Source: Takakia lepidozioides | Lineage: Eukaryota; Plantae; Bryophyta | Assembly (NCBI GenBank): GCA_030704615.1 | Contig: CM060734.1 | Span: 61,628,001-61,692,000 of the forward strand | Direction: 5' to 3' | Length of the DNA: 64,000 nt | Part shown: one piece after another, positions 36,160 to 50,736 of the stretch | Numbering within the stretch: the stretch's first letter is position 1 | Layout of the letters: each line of letters begins with the position of its first letter | Made by a program: the position numbers and the translations under genes | Notes under the pieces: generated by a model | Told to the model about the DNA's origin: nothing | The model's input: the letters and a program-made list of their open reading frames with translations, nothing else | Database searches by the model: none

Positions 36160-36967
36160 CTTAGATGACATTGGACACTTGGCCCAACGGCAGGGGCTAC
36201 CTTAGAGATTGCATTTGGGCCTCGACATAGGAGACGCACTTTGATACATAGGGGATTGCACTTGGACTTAGATGACAATGGACACTTGGGCCAACGGCAC
36301 AGGCTACCCTAGAGGTCGCATTTGGGCCTCGACATAGGAGACGCACTTGGATACATAGGGGATTGCACTTGGACTTAGATGACACTGGACACTTGGGCCA
36401 ACGACACAGGCTACCCTAGAGGTCGCATTTGGGCCTCGACATAGGAGACGCACTTGGATACATAGGGGATTGCACTTGGACTTAGATGACACTGGACACT
36501 TGGGCCAACGGCACAGGCTACCCTAGAGGTCGCATTTGAACCTCGACATAGGAAACGCACTTGGATACGTAAGAGATTGCACTTGGACTTAGATTTTAAA
36601 TCTTCACACATGGGCCAACGGCGTAGGCTACAGTAGAGGTCGCACTTGGGCCTCAACATATGATACGCATTGGATACATAAGAAATTGCACTTGGTCTTA
36701 GATTTCCAATTCTTCACACATGGGCCAAAGGTACAGGCTATCCTAGATCAAGTTGCACTTGGGCCTCGACATAGGAGACGCACTGGGATACATAGAGGAT
36801 CTTACACTTGGACTTAGATGACACTTGACACTTGAGCCCATGGCACATGCTACCCTAGAGTTCGAATTTGGGCCTCGACATAGGAGATTCAGTGGGATAC
36901 GTAGAGGATCTTACACTTGGACTTAGTTGACACTTGACACTTGGGCCAACAACACAAGCTACCCTAG
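36160..36967 (+). repeat. About 107-bp tandem subrepeats inside a Helitron unit
   Basis: ggacttagatgacactggacacttgggccaacggcacaggctaccctagaggtcgcatttgggcctcgacataggagacgcacttggatac... repeated; the ORF track shows identical starts 107 bp apart. Confidence 0.9.
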
Positions 36968-37358
36968 TCAATCTATGAAGCGAGACGTTTGTTTTGTTTG
37001 TTTTGTTTTGTTTTGTAGCGCGGAGATGTCCCAAACCGCGAGGCTCCGGCGCTGCTGCTTGGTACCGTTGGAAAGCCCTTTGACGAGGAGGGGTGCACGG
37101 GCTTGGTCTCATGATTTTTGGACCTGCGGTGTGGGAGATGTGGAATTCCAAGTACTTTTGGTCGCTGAAAATTCACAAAAAATAGCGAAATGGGCATTCC
37201 CGGACAATGGTTGGAGCCTCGGCGGGAGAGATATCAAGGGAAAGGTCTCCGGTTCAAATCTGGTCGTAGGCTCTATGGAAAAAAAAACTTACTTAGATGA
37301 CATTGGGCCGTTGGAAATTCGGGAAAATAACAAAGTGGGCATTCCTGGGAGAATGGTT

Positions 37359-38206
37359 CACTACAACAGATCGCGGTATTTATGACTGTATATATGACTA
37401 TTCTGCAGTCATAAACGGTACATATGACTTCTATGACTGTAAGTCGTGCAAACCAAGTCAATACAGTGAGTACAGGATGGTACGGTCCGGATGACTACAG
37501 TCATATGAACCAAGTGATATCTCTCACTGCAGTCGTATATACCATACTACAGCCGCCGCTTCCGCGCCATGTGGCGAGGTGCAATTGATTAAAAAAATTA
37601 AATTAAATTAAAAAAACTGAAAAAATAAAAACATATGTCAAACGCCGTGTCGCACCGCATTGTGCCACGTGGCATAATGCATTTTATAATAATGAAAAAA
37701 CCACGTGGCAGTCCATCTAGGGTACCACGTGCTTTCCCTAGCTCACATACTAACCCTAGGGCCATCTTATCCATTTGATTGTACTTAGAGGAGTTTGAAC
37801 CTGCAACCTCTTTACTATAAGAGTTATAGTTCACTACTTGTTAACCAATACACCCATTAGTCATTCATACGATCATATGGTGTTTTAATTGTATTATACA
37901 TACCAAATTACAAAATCCCCAGTAGTCATCATGACTATGTAACCTCATCCATGTACACTGTAGTCATGGAAATGACTATGAATAGTGAGCTAAATCTGGT
38001 CAATTGCCATTGACCAGCCTTCCGCCCATTCCGGAGCGATGTAGTCATACAGACGACTATTTAGATAGTCGTTCATATGACTACAGTCGTATGAACGACT
38101 GCGGGAGGTCAATTTCATATAAAAACATGGTGCAGTCATGGTCAAAGTCATGAAAACCATGAGTACCACGGTTTGGCAGTCATAACTACCGCGATCTGTT
38201 GTAGTG
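37359..38206. mobile_element. Non-autonomous CACTA element
   Basis: TIR cactacaacagatcgcggta / taccgcgatctgttgtagtg, 3-bp TSD gtt, atgact/agtcat subterminal repeats. Confidence 0.92.
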
Positions 38207-41200
38207 GTTGGAGCCTTGACGGGAGAGACAACAACGGAGAGGTCTCCGGTTCAAATCTGGCCATAGGCTATTTGGAAAAAAATTAAATTAAATATGGCTA
38301 AATCATTAGACATAGATTACTTAGATGACAGTGGACACTTGGGCCAACGGCACAGGCTACCCTAGAGGTCGCAATTGGGCCTCACTTAGGAGACGCACTA
38401 GGATACATATGAGATCTTGCACTTGGGCTTAGATGACACTGGGCATTTGGGCCAACCGCACAAGCTACCCTAGAGGTCGCATTTGAGCCTCAACATATGA
38501 GACACACTTGGATGTATAGGGGATAACACTTGGAGATATCAAGGGAATGTCTCTCCGGTTCAAATCTGGTCGTAGGCTCTGTGGAAAAAAAATGATTGGA
38601 TATGGCTTGCTTCATATATTGATGCACTTGGACTTAGATGACACTGGACACTTGGGCCAACGGCACAAGCTACCCTAGTCAATATTTGAAGCGAGACGTT
38701 TGTTTTGTTTTGTTTGTTTTGTTTGTAGCGTCATTGAGATCTCCCAAACCGCGGGGCCCAATGCGGGTGTTTGGTGTCGTTGGAAAGCCCTCAGTGAGGA
38801 GGGGTGCACCCGCTTGGTCTCATGATATTTGGACACGCGGTGAGGGAGATGTTGAATTCCAAGTACTTTTGGTCGCTGGAAATTCACAAAAAATAGCAAA
38901 AATGGCAAAGTGGGCATTCCTGGGACAATGGTTGGAGCCTCGACGGGAGTGATATCAAGGGAAAGGTCTACGGTTCAAATCTGGTCATAGGCTCTGTGGA
39001 AAAAAACTTACTTAGATGACACTGGACACTTGGGCCAACGGCACAGGCTATCCTAGAGGTTACATTTGGGCCTCGACATAGGAGACGCACTTGGATACAT
39101 AGGAGATTGCATTTGGACTTAGATTTTAATTCTTCACGGATGGGCAAGCGACATAGGCTACACTAGAGGTTGCACTTGGGCCTGAACATAGGAGACGCAT
39201 TGGATACATAGGAAATTACACTTGCTCTTACATTTTCAATTCTTCACACATGGGCCAAAGGTACAGGCTATCCTAGAGGTTGCACTTGGGCCTCAACATA
39301 GGAGACGCACTAGGATACATAGAAGATCTTACACTTGGACTTAGATGATTGGAGCCTCGACATGAGTGATATCAAGGGAAAGGTCTCCGTTTCAAATCAG
39401 GTCATAGATTCCATGGAAAAAAAATGATTAGAATTGGATGACTTAGATGACATTGGACATTTGGGCCAACGGCACAGGCTTCCCTGGAGGTCATACTTGG
39501 GCCTAGATATAGGAGATGCACTTGAATGCATAGGAGATTGCACTTGGGCTTACATGACCCTGGACATTTGTTTTGTTTTGTTTTGTTTTGTCACGTTGAG
39601 ATGTCCCAAACCGCAAGGCCCCAGCGCTGGTGCTTGGTCCCGTTGGAAAACCCTCGACGAGGAGGGGTGCACGGGCTTGGTCTCAGGATTTTTGGACATG
39701 CGGTGTGGGAGATACGGAATTCCAAGTACTTTTGGTCGCTGGAAATTCACAAAAAATAGCAAAAATGGCAAAGTGGGCATTCCTGGGACAATGGTTGGAG
39801 CCTTGATGGGAGAGATATCAAGGGAAAGGTCTCCGGTTCGAATCTGGTTGTAGGCTCTCTGAAAAAAAAGAAATGATTAGATATGGGATTGCACTTGGAC
39901 ACTTGGGCCTGTACTTGGGAGTTGCACTTGGATACATGAATAGAAGATTGCACTTGGGCTTACTAGATTTCAATTTTTCACACATGGGCCAACGGCATAG
40001 GCTACACTAGAGGTCACACTTGGGCCTCAACATAGGAGACCCACTTGGATACATAATTTTTTTTACTTGGGCTTAGATTTCAATTCTTCACACATGGGCC
40101 TTGACATAGGAGACGCTACTTGAATACCTAGGGGATTGCACTTGGACTTAAATTTCAATTCTTAACACATGGGCCAATGGCGCAGGCTACCCTAGGCCTA
40201 GATCTCCCAAACATGAGGGTCTCTAGATAGATAGGGGATTGCACTTGGACTTAGATAACACTAGACACTTGGGCGACACTTGGGCCAACAGCACAGGCTA
40301 CCCTAGTCAATATATGAAGCGAGACGTTTGTTTTGTTTTGTTTTGTTTTGTCACGTTGAGATGTCCCAAACCGCAAGTCCCCAGCCTTGGTGCTTGGTAC
40401 CGTTGGAAAGCCCTCAACGAGGAGGGGTGCAGGGGCTTGGTCTCATGATTTTTGGACCAGCGGTGTGAGAGATGTTGAATTTCAAATAGTTTTGGTCTCT
40501 GAAAATTCACAAAAAATAGCAAAATGGGCTTTCATGGAACAATGATCAGAGCCTTGACATGAGAGCTATCAAGGAAAAGGTCTCCGGTTCAAATCAGGTG
40601 TAGGTTCTGTTTAAAATGATTAGACTTAGATGACTTAGATGACACTGGATACTTGGGCCAACGGCACAGGCTACCCTAGTATTTGAGTTATATTGTGATG
40701 AGTATGATTATTATTTTAGTACGAACTTGATATTATATATGAGTAATATTTTTATATCTTGTTTATGTATCGTTCAATGAGTTTTGTTTTGTTTTCAAAT
40801 GACTTTAAACTAGCTATAAAAGATTAGGGTAGAAGCACTGCTCATGAGATACCATTGGAAAGCTCTTGATGAGCCCCAACATTTTGTAGTTGGAACAATT
40901 TTCAGTAAAGTTCATCTACCTGGGATCATATAATTTGAGTGTATTGTAATTCATTCCTTTTGGGTAAGCTTGCTGGTCTATCGTGGGGCACCCAAGTCTG
41001 ACACGTTCCCAAAATGGGCATACTTTCTTGCACCATGGGCGTACTTTAGAGCGTCACTATGGGCACGTGCGCCGTGTTGTACCCAAAAGAAGGTCCAATA
41101 TTCCAGGGGTAGAAACTGGAAACAGTCGCTTCACAAACCCAAGAGTGCAAGTAAGCTCGAGAGAGATGAAGAGGGGAGAACACAAAGATTGTGGCTATAG

Positions 41201-41849
41201 CGAGCGTGGTGGGGGGCCATTATGGGTCTGAGTATGCAGTTTTACTTGGATGGAATTCGAAAGCTTCCTCTCATGCGCCATGTGTCTCCCTCTTCCCTTT
41301 CTATGTGATCCTGCCCATTCAGACCTAATGTTGCTTGGTCTGAGCTGTAAAGCATGCGTCGTGCATAAATTTTTTCTTAGGAATTACTCCATGTCGTCTC
41401 CTAATATGTTGCGGACTGCCCCGCCTTAATGGCGTATAATGACGGGGGCTAATGGCGCAGAGGGTTGGTGCTTTTGTCGGTTTTTCGCAGATCCATGGGA
41501 GCATGTGATTGCGATGGGGTTTGGGGGCGCGTTTGCAAATACGGTGGTAAAGTGGGAGGTGCATTTGGAGGAGAAGCTCGACAAGCGGCTGGAAGAAGCT
41601 CAAAATGCCAATAGAAAATGCTTCATTGGTGCGACCCCCTATTCCTTTCTTACTCTTCCCGGCTCCTTGGTTGCCTTCCTTCCCGTTTTCTGTCCTTGAC
41701 TCTCTCGATTTTGTGACTTGCACCGTAGTTTGACATTTTTCTCTTGATCGGGTGGGTCAGGTACCATGAGAGCCGTGGAGGACTAATGCCTGCAACCAAC
41801 ATGGTCCCTTTAGATTGCAGGATAAAGGGGCAAGTGATGGACTGAGGAA

Positions 41850-43430
41850 TAATTTTCTACTTCGCTTTGTATGTCGAATGCAACAACTATGTGTATCACT
41901 TTTGCTTCAACGTATGCTCCCTTGCGAGGTTGGCAAAGTATTATCCAACAGATCTATCGCTACATCTCCGATTTATCACCGCAAGCCCTAACCAGTGGCA
42001 GTCACCTCAGTGGATGGCCACATCTGAACAACTCTCGTTCAAGGTTTTGCTTGTTCTGTCTGTCCATTGAGATATTGCATTAGGAATGGGCTTCCGAGCC
42101 CTACCAAAGGTCAAGCTTCGGTTTTGCAAGGGATGTCAGGGAGATACTCGTTCCCTTTATCACATTCATGTTTGGGACCTCATCTCTGGTGCTTCAAACC
42201 CCCTACCCTTGGCTCAGCCGCTGCTCCATTGGATCATTTGATCTCAAGGCAATTTAGTTTCTCTCCCTCCCAATAGCTGGCCTGCAATCTGATCCAATGG
42301 TCATGGATGGATCATTCTCCCTCCCTTTTCCTGGGCTACACGGTCAAGCTAGGTTGCACGCTCCTCTCTGGACTCCACAAAACTTTCATAACAAATGGAA
42401 CAAAAAGCGGGGTCACTTGCACTCCTCCCTCAAATGGAATGCTATTTGGAAGGACATATGGAGACAAGATAGAGCAGCTAAGATCAGTGGCTTTCTTTGG
42501 AAGATTGCAAACATGATCCTTCCAATTAACATCTCTTTGGTGGATGGTATCTCTTCATGCCTTGTCTGCTCTACCCTTAGGACTAGAGATACATTTGAAC
42601 ATTGTTTGGTCCAATGCCACAGAGCTTATGTGATCTGGTCTTGTCTCTGAAACTGTATTCCTACTGGGAATGTCTTCCTTATGCTCATTCTCCTCCTCCA
42701 TTGTTCTTGAATTTTCAGAGGGATTCTATTTTCCGTAATTGCCCAGTTTGGGCTAATCTACGGGCTTTCACTAGACTTTGGCACATCTGGAAATCTATAT
42801 ATTATTGTTTCTTCGGTGGCTTTGCCCCCAACATTGGATCGATCTTATTCGGTAAATTTTATTTCTATCAAATGGCTGAGGGGAGAAAAGCTTGGATCCG
42901 GCTTGGGTGCAAATCTTTCTAGAGCTCTCGAACAATGGCGTAATGCAACTACTTTTGATCACTCCTGGGCCAAAAGTGGCATCCTCTGCTCCCATTCTTT
43001 TGACCTGTCCATTCTTTCTTTGGAACGACTCCATCCCAGAAGATTGGTGGATTGCTTGCTGAAGGCAAGGAGAACAATGTCAATTGGAGGCACCGCCGCA
43101 TGAGAGAGTTTAATTTAAAAACCAATTTAAGTCTTAGACTGGTTTTTAGTTGGCAGACCTTGAGATGTACTCCAGCTTGTGGCCTCACAGCTCTTCTTAG
43201 ATGTTGGTGTTCTCCGTCTTAGTCCGTTTAGCTTGTGTGCTTCTCCTCCTCTTTTGTGCTTTCTTCTTGTTTTCTCATGCTCTTTGAATTTCCTTGTTTT
43301 CCTGGTCAAGGGGTAGTATCCCCATTGTAAGCCTTCACGGCCTTGCATGGTTAGTTTCTCCATGTCCTTTAAATGCAACCTCTAGGGCCGCCTCCATAAC
43401 CTATTTAAAAAAATAAAAAAATAAAAAAAA
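41850..43430 (+). mobile_element. 3' fragment of an L1-like LINE (zf-RVT region, A-rich tail)
   Basis: WKDIW...KISGFLWKIANMILPI...CLVCST....DTFEHCLVQCHRAYVIW. A-rich tail at about 43407-43430. Confidence 0.8.
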
Positions 43431-45149
43431 TGAAATGATAACTATACTTAAAGTAAGTTTTATGTGTCTAAGGTATCATTGCATGTGTATTGAGGTTTCT
43501 CTTAATTATTGGATGGTCTAGCATTAAAAGTTCAAAAGTGCGTAAGGGCAAGGTTGCAGAAATCAGAATTGAACTAAATTGCCACTCAACCTTGAAGTCC
43601 TGTTGAGAATGACAACGATCCCGGTCCCCCTAGCCCGACTTCGCCAACGCCAAGCACTCCACCTTGAATCCGACCCCACTGGCCCACCTGCACCTGCACC
43701 AAACCCCTCACCAAGTCCCAACCTTCCCTACATCTTGCTACTGCTCCCATGTACTCCTGCAGCAGCCACAACTACAACCACTAGTGAGTTGCTTGGCCCA
43801 CCCTCAAGATAGAAAAGAAATATTGTCTGGGTCTGAAACCACTATGCTGAAAATACAAATTTGCAGCCACTAATGAGTTGCTTCAATCCCAACCGACATA
43901 ATAGTTAGAACTATCTAGAAAGTCAACTAGTGACTAGTGAAAGATGACTATACCAATTGGCTATACCTACTTGCAGAACTATGTAGAAACTAGAACTGCC
44001 TAGAAACTAGAAAGTCAATTAGTGAGTAGTAAAGCCCCCCTTTTTTATGGCTTTGCTTGACACCTCAGAAGCTTTGGGATACCCCTATATTTGTGGGATC
44101 AACCGACTAGACCCAACATTCATGGGTCCCTGCTTTTATTCCTGGACCATACATGTGGCCTTACTACATATGCCCCCGCTCTAGGTCCTGGACCACAGTA
44201 ATTCCTAGACCACTCTAGAATGAACAGGCCCCGAATGAAACTGCTTTACATATTACCATTAAAAGGCCTTATGGCATTGGAGGATTTTAATATTTTTTCC
44301 GTAAATTTGAGTTAATAAAGTTTTTAAGGGTTTCCTCCCCATTTTCTCCAAAAAAACAAAGGAACATTGAGGTCTATTTAAAGAGATTTTTGATGCTGAT
44401 CACCATACCAAAGTTCAAAATAAGAGCAAGTTGCCTTTGGAGTGAGCCTTCCATAGTGCTCTCCAACATTAGGTTATAAATTCCTTGATTGAAGGTTATA
44501 TTCTGACACAAAATGAAATTTAATTAACAAATATTTTTTTTCCTTTGGGAAAATAATGTTAACACTGACAACTATGGAGAACAATGTTACAACAAAGTCC
44601 AAATTTCAACACACATCATTTTCATCAGTGGTAAACAAGTACAAGCTAGTAGAAACAGAATTTGCACTCATAAATGTCTCACATATAACCCAATAATGTA
44701 TTTTTATTATTATTGGAAATGGTAACGAAGGCCCTAAATGCATTGTAAACATGGAAAAAATAACCATCCAAAGGCCATGAAAGCTTATAGAAAGGGAAAC
44801 CACCTCCACCTACCTAATTTTACATTTTGAAATGTTAGATGTACACCTTTGTTTGTTTATCAAAATCATATGGTAGACGAAGTATAATGCACGAACGGTT
44901 ATCTACTAACAATCGGTTCACACTTATATGACAACGACAAGTTATCATTTTTAAAGAGATTATTTGATTTTCTCCCTAACCTAAGGTGAGTGTGCACATA
45001 TCCGTAACCGAAACCACCAGTTATTCAATCCAAATTTTAATTAACCTCTTAATTGTAAACTGTTTGTTTTATTTTTTTCCTCAATAGTTTCAAATAAAAT
45101 CATGGGGCATCAACTGTTTCGAAAAGAAATTATGTCAATTTAGTGATTG

Positions 45150-45850
45150 CTAGGGTAGCCTGTGCCATTGGCCCAACTGCAATCTCCTATGTATCCAAGA
45201 ACTTCTATCATGTCCACGCCCAAGTGCGACCTCTAGGGTAGCCTCTGCCGTTGGCCCATGTGTGAAAAATTAAAATCTAAGACCAAGTGCAATTTCCTAT
45301 GCATCCCTGTGCGTCTCCTATGTCGAGGCCCATCTAAGCCCAAGTGCAATCTTCTATGTTCCAAGTGCATCTCCCATGTAAAGGCCTAAGTGTCCACTCC
45401 CAAGTGCAATATCCTAAGTATCCAAGGGCGTCTCCCATGTGCGTCTCTTATGTCGAGCCCAGTAGTAATATCCAATCATTATTGATATGTCTCCCGTCTC
45501 TAGGGTAGCTTGTGCCATTGGCCCAAGTGTTCAATGTCATCTAAGTCCAAATGCATTTTGTTTTTCATAGCCTACGACCAGATTTGAACTGGAGACCTTT
45601 CCCTTAATATCTCTCATGTCGAGGCTCCAACCATTGTCCCAGGAATGCCCACTTTGCAATTTTTCGTGAATTTCCAGCGACCCAAAGTACTTGAAATTCC
45701 ACATCTCCCACACCGCAGATCCCAAAATCGTGAGACCAAGCCCGTGCACCCCTCCTCATCGAGAGCTTTCCAATGGGACCAAGCACTCAGGGTGGGGCCC
45801 CGCAGTTTGGGACATCTCAAATCTACAAAACAAACAAAACAAAACAAAAG
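45150..45850 (-). mobile_element. 5'-truncated copy of the same Helitron family
   Basis: Reverse complement of the array unit; 3' CTAG at 45150-45153. Confidence 0.8.
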
Positions 45851-46573
45851 GACGACTAGTTCAGAGAGCGGCCTGCTGAACAGAGTCGACAAGTTGTTAT
45901 CCGCAATTTGGAGTGAGTAAGTTTTTTTTCCTTCCGTTAACTAGCGTGATTTTCCTACATGAATTGGTAAGTCTGCACCGAATTACCGCACCAACACCGT
46001 GTATGTCTTGCGTACATGCTACAGGAATGATGCGGCCCGTATTCTGCCCGCCCCCACTGTGCAACTGACAGCGTCCGATCGGCTTGCGCTGAAAAGGAAG
46101 GCTTCACAGCAGGCGAGGATTGAGAAGAGGACAACGCTTGTTCAAAAGAACCCGCAGGTTTTTACCCCACCTCGGAATTTATCCCTTCCGCCTTTAAATG
46201 TGGAGGGTGTCGCGGAACGGCTTGCAATGGAGATTGATTATCTATCCGAATTTCACTACCTTGATTGAAGATGTTCCATACCAGATATGAATCCGATCAA
46301 GTTAGATCATCCATGACATTAATCCTCGACTGCTATTTTTTCCCACTGCCCAGTTTTACGATCCTAAGGAATTAATCAAGAGTATAGTAGTTTACATGGT
46401 TGTTGTTGCTTTGTTAAGGTTCAATACTAGCTATCAAATAAACTACATTTTGGCAACTATCCGAGTAGGGGTAGCATTTGTTAGAGACACAACGACACGT
46501 TGCGTGTGTTGTTGGAGAGAGAGAGAGAGAGTGTGTGTGTGTGTGTGTGCACTTTCACAAGAGGATCATTGCA

Positions 46574-47899
46574 ATGGGTCGGCCCTTGACTTGGTCGCAA
46601 CGTTGGATCAAGCCTGAGGTATGTGGGCAGGCATCCATCTCTTTTTATACAATTGCTAATGTTTTTGGATGTCTGCGAAGCCACATGGAGTGCGAAAAAT
46701 CTTGTGGATTATGTAGAAGACCTTTTGGTCAATGCATATGCTTGATGACAAAGTATTGGATAATGTTACAATGTTTAAATTGTTGATGTACGATATTGCT
46801 TCTACATCGGTTGGGCAAGGATTTCCTCTGAGAGATTGTGTAAGATGGGATTTGGGCATAACTCACATCTACCTTTGCACAAGCATTGTAGAATGAAGAT
46901 GGTTTTTTTAAACGAGCATCTCCAACAACAAAATCTTCTCACTTTGAAGTTCCTCTTTTACAAGTTGCATATCATTCCATGATCCTCATGTTCTTGTCCA
47001 AACTCCGGATCACAGTGAAGGTGCATGTCATTGCGTTTACCCCATGAATTTGGAAAAGACTACTTTGGAAAGAGGGATGGTTTCATGTTATTTATTCATG
47101 CTTGACTACCGAAAAAAATATCCTCTCAAACAATCAAAGGTGACATCGATATCTCTAGAGCATAAAGACATAACCTTGGCACAACTTTGACGCTCTGAGT
47201 AATGGTAAATTATTCCAGTGTGTTCGTGGATAGCTCAGTGGCCGTGAGCCTTAATGGAAGCGTTGATGATTACAGTTTACCCTTCACCTTTGTCGAGGGA
47301 TGTCTCAGACATAGAAGTGGACATCTTGATCCGCTCTTTAGGGTATATGAATAATCATAGATAGACAAAGGAAATGTGTTTATTTGAACATAAATATATC
47401 GATCACATAGAAACTTGAGATGAAACAAATTTTGGTTTGGAAGCAGGCATACCCAATCTTTCTCGTGCTGGGAACAGCCGTTGGCTTATGTGGCTTTTCT
47501 ATAGTGCGGAATGCCAGCATCAACCCTGATGTTAGGTCAGTCTCTCCCTCACACGCACTCACCAATGCATGGACATACAATGAGGGAGCAATCTGTGTGT
47601 TTCATATGTATTGTCACGTAGCATAATATGTGGATAATCCCTTTTGATAGATTGTGTTTGGTTCTATGGGCATATAATAAAGAATCAACAAAGATGACCG
47701 GGCGGCAGGCCTGCTTGAGAACTTCAAGGAGGGCAAGAGCTACAAGGAGCATGGATTGCGTAAATTTGTCAAAGGTGTCTCACCTCAGATTATGCCTGGC
47801 TTCAACAAATACTTTAGCGAATCAAAGTATGTCAATGAACCTAACACATCTGTAATATATGGTATTGTGGTCATCTTGGTTTGTTTTGTCTTTCATTAA
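46574..47899 (+). CDS. B12D: B12D-family small mitochondrial membrane protein; exons 46574-46618, 47447-47535, 47683-47899
   Basis: Spliced with GT-AG in consistent phase: MGRPLTWSQRWIKPE|AYPIFLVLGTAVGLCGFSIVRNASINPDVR|INKDDRAAGLLENFKEGKSYKEHGLRKFVKGVSPQIMPGFNKYFS... Confidence 0.88.
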
Positions 47900-50543
47900 T
47901 CCAATGGTAAGTTTTGGGATTGGGTTGATAATATTGAACTCTAAAGCTCAACCATTTTACAAATAAGAGGGAAGAACCACTGTGCTTGCATTTTCATCCT
48001 ATGCAACATAATCTTAGTCAGAAATTTTTTAAGTGTTGTTCAGTGCTTGTACAATTTGGCTTCATAGAGTTGTGGATGGTCGATACTACTTGTGTTCTCA
48101 ATTGGATGTCAGGAGAAAGTGACTGCAACATGAAGGCAATTCAGGACAGATATCATGAAGAATAGCCGTGAAGAGTACATGTTGAAATATGGGCAAACTT
48201 GCACATGCAACACATATAAAATTACGTCGACTCATCTTATGTAAACATCTAAACATGCAACAATTTTAGGGACACAATTTGATATCATTTCAAAACACAT
48301 GTTGAATAGTATAAGGTCTCTACAATTTCAAACTCAAAACGATCGCACCAATCCTAACGAATTTTAGGGACACAATGGATAGTAACACAATCATCATTGT
48401 AATTGACCGCAAGCAACATAAGATTTTGGAAATGTTTGTAGAAATTTCGCCTTCATTTTTATATTATATCATATTTTGGTTTTATTTGTTCTAAACATAT
48501 TTCTCCTTCCTCTTCACCATCGTCGTATATTTGGGTACCTAAAAGTTATATATACATATATATAATGCATATTCATTGCATTTGTTGCTTTATGAATAGT
48601 TTTTAGTATTTTCGGTAATACTTCACTGTCATCATACATTTGTTGCGTTATATTCAATACTTTGCCCATCCAAAATGGAACACCATTTTGTACTTGTTTG
48701 TTTTTAGTACGTACACCCACAAAGTGTCATACTTCAACGTCTTTTCATAGATCAAATTATTTGCACATCTCTATATCAACAACCAAACGAGTTTCACTTG
48801 CAAGGGGATGTTGCAATGTTGATGCATGTTTCTTTTAGATGAAATTTTGGATTGGCCTCGTTTAGGTTCAAAATATTTGCGCTACATGACAACATCTTCT
48901 TCAGCACATCCGCTCGAGGAACATAAACATTGACGTTCAATTCTGGCTTCACATCGTTAGAGTCCTCTTTGGCTTGATCAAATCATTCGTCAAAAAATTT
49001 TAGAGTCTCATCCAATATGTCTTTGTTGACACCTATGACCGCAAACATCAATATAATAAGAGTTGTCACCATGTTGATTCTTCAATGTTGTCTACATCTT
49101 CTCTATGACATTCGATACAACAACATGAATGTTGACGTTCAATTCCGTCTTCACATCGTTCAAGTCTTAAACACATACGTTAATGAGATTTCAAATGGTT
49201 TATTGGTAAACATCATATTGAGAGGGCGTCAATGGTTTCTCGAAAAGCTCTCATTCAATCTTAGAAATATGAAACCTACAGACATGATTGAAGTAAGATA
49301 TTGAAGCCAAGCACATATCATGTCTCCACAGTTGTCAATCATTAGTCACATGCATAGAGAAAGCTATTATACAAATATTTGGCCTCTAAATTAATGCAGA
49401 GGTCGATGGGACCCCTCGCCACGAAACTTAAACCACCCTGTGTACGGGTTGACTTGGTCGTTGAATGAAATACTCATTCAGCCCTCCACAACATGCTTCC
49501 TAGTGATGACAAGAGGTTGGTCGCAGAAATAAAAATTTGCCTACTCCCTACGCTCTCCCAGCGCGCTCATGATGCACACACACCTCCACACACACTCTGA
49601 TCGCACCTCCGAGTCTGGACATGGACCGATAGTTGGAGCAACATTCCTATAGAGGTTTGTTTGGTCAATCCAATACAATCAAACAATAGAGTATTATACT
49701 AACTATTAATGACAATCATTCGCAACTCAGAGGTAGATGTCTCTGTATTGACGCATAAGATCCAAATTGATCTTGATACCTGCCACATAATGCACACTAT
49801 TGAAGTGGATGAGAATCTAGAAACGACAAACAACTTAGATCAAGAAAAGTCTACAATTATTGCAGTCCACTTCCACAATTGATACCATGAAGACAAACAA
49901 TATCCTATGGGGACAATTTATCCATTCATTCAAGTCTACAAAATGTCACAGTTTAGGAAAATCGTCTAAGGAGAATACAACAATTGGATACTACACAAGC
50001 CAAAAAGTGAATTGAGAGCACTTGATGGAGTCCCAAACTAAAAGAAAACCAAAACGTGTACCAATAATCAGCTATCCTAAATGTGCCACCAGGTGTAACT
50101 TCTCTACATGTGATACATGCTACAAAAAAATGAAAACCGAAAGGGTAGTGCCTAGGCCATCCATCCGCTATTCCTAGGGATGTCGCGGTTAAAACCTTTC
50201 ACATGCAGTTGTGCAAATTGCAATGTAAAAAAAAACCCATGACTAAAAGAGCTAGTAATTTGGAATAATGTGGTGTTCTTAGTAAAAGAAACTAAAATGG
50301 AGAAGTGTTTTGTAAGAGAGAGCATTATTTATCTTACTCCTACTAGGATAATTTTGCTCCCTTCATATCATAGATGCAATGATGGATTACGATTTTCCTC
50401 TTCTATTTCTACTAGAACGGCACGGATATCTGCAAAACATCACAAATGTCGGATTTAAGAAAGGAAACTTGAGTCTAACAGACGCAAGTTGTTTCATTTA
50501 CCGTACGAATTTTGAAATTGTAAAAGCTGAAACACATGAATAT

Positions 50544-50547
<4 letters not shown>

Positions 50548-50638
<91 letters not shown>
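50548..50638. repeat. (GA)n microsatellite, about 45 units
   Basis: Directly visible. Confidence 0.97.
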
Positions 50639-50642
<4 letters not shown>

Positions 50643-50736
50643 GATGAGTGAAGATCAGTTGGCTCAACAACGGCAGATGTGACCTCCACAAAAGTCCATG
50701 GGGAAAAATTTAATCTAAGTTTCTTGTTCAAATATA

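Larger units (their letters stand above)
24332..40679 (+). mobile_element. Head-to-tail tandem array of non-autonomous Helitrons hosting the Gypsy and CACTA insertions
   Basis: Starts a|TCaatctatgaagcgagacg and ends ggctaccCTAG|t. Internal CTAG|TC junctions at 36967, 38678 and 40306, plus a CATAG|TC variant at 25200. Confidence 0.8.

Noticed and set aside
35871-40522. Many 60-150 aa ORFs
   Set aside because: By-products of the Helitron tandem repeat; the same peptides recur in each unit.
40970-41830. GC-richer segment with short ORFs
   Set aside because: Probably a transposon remnant, but no motif I can support.
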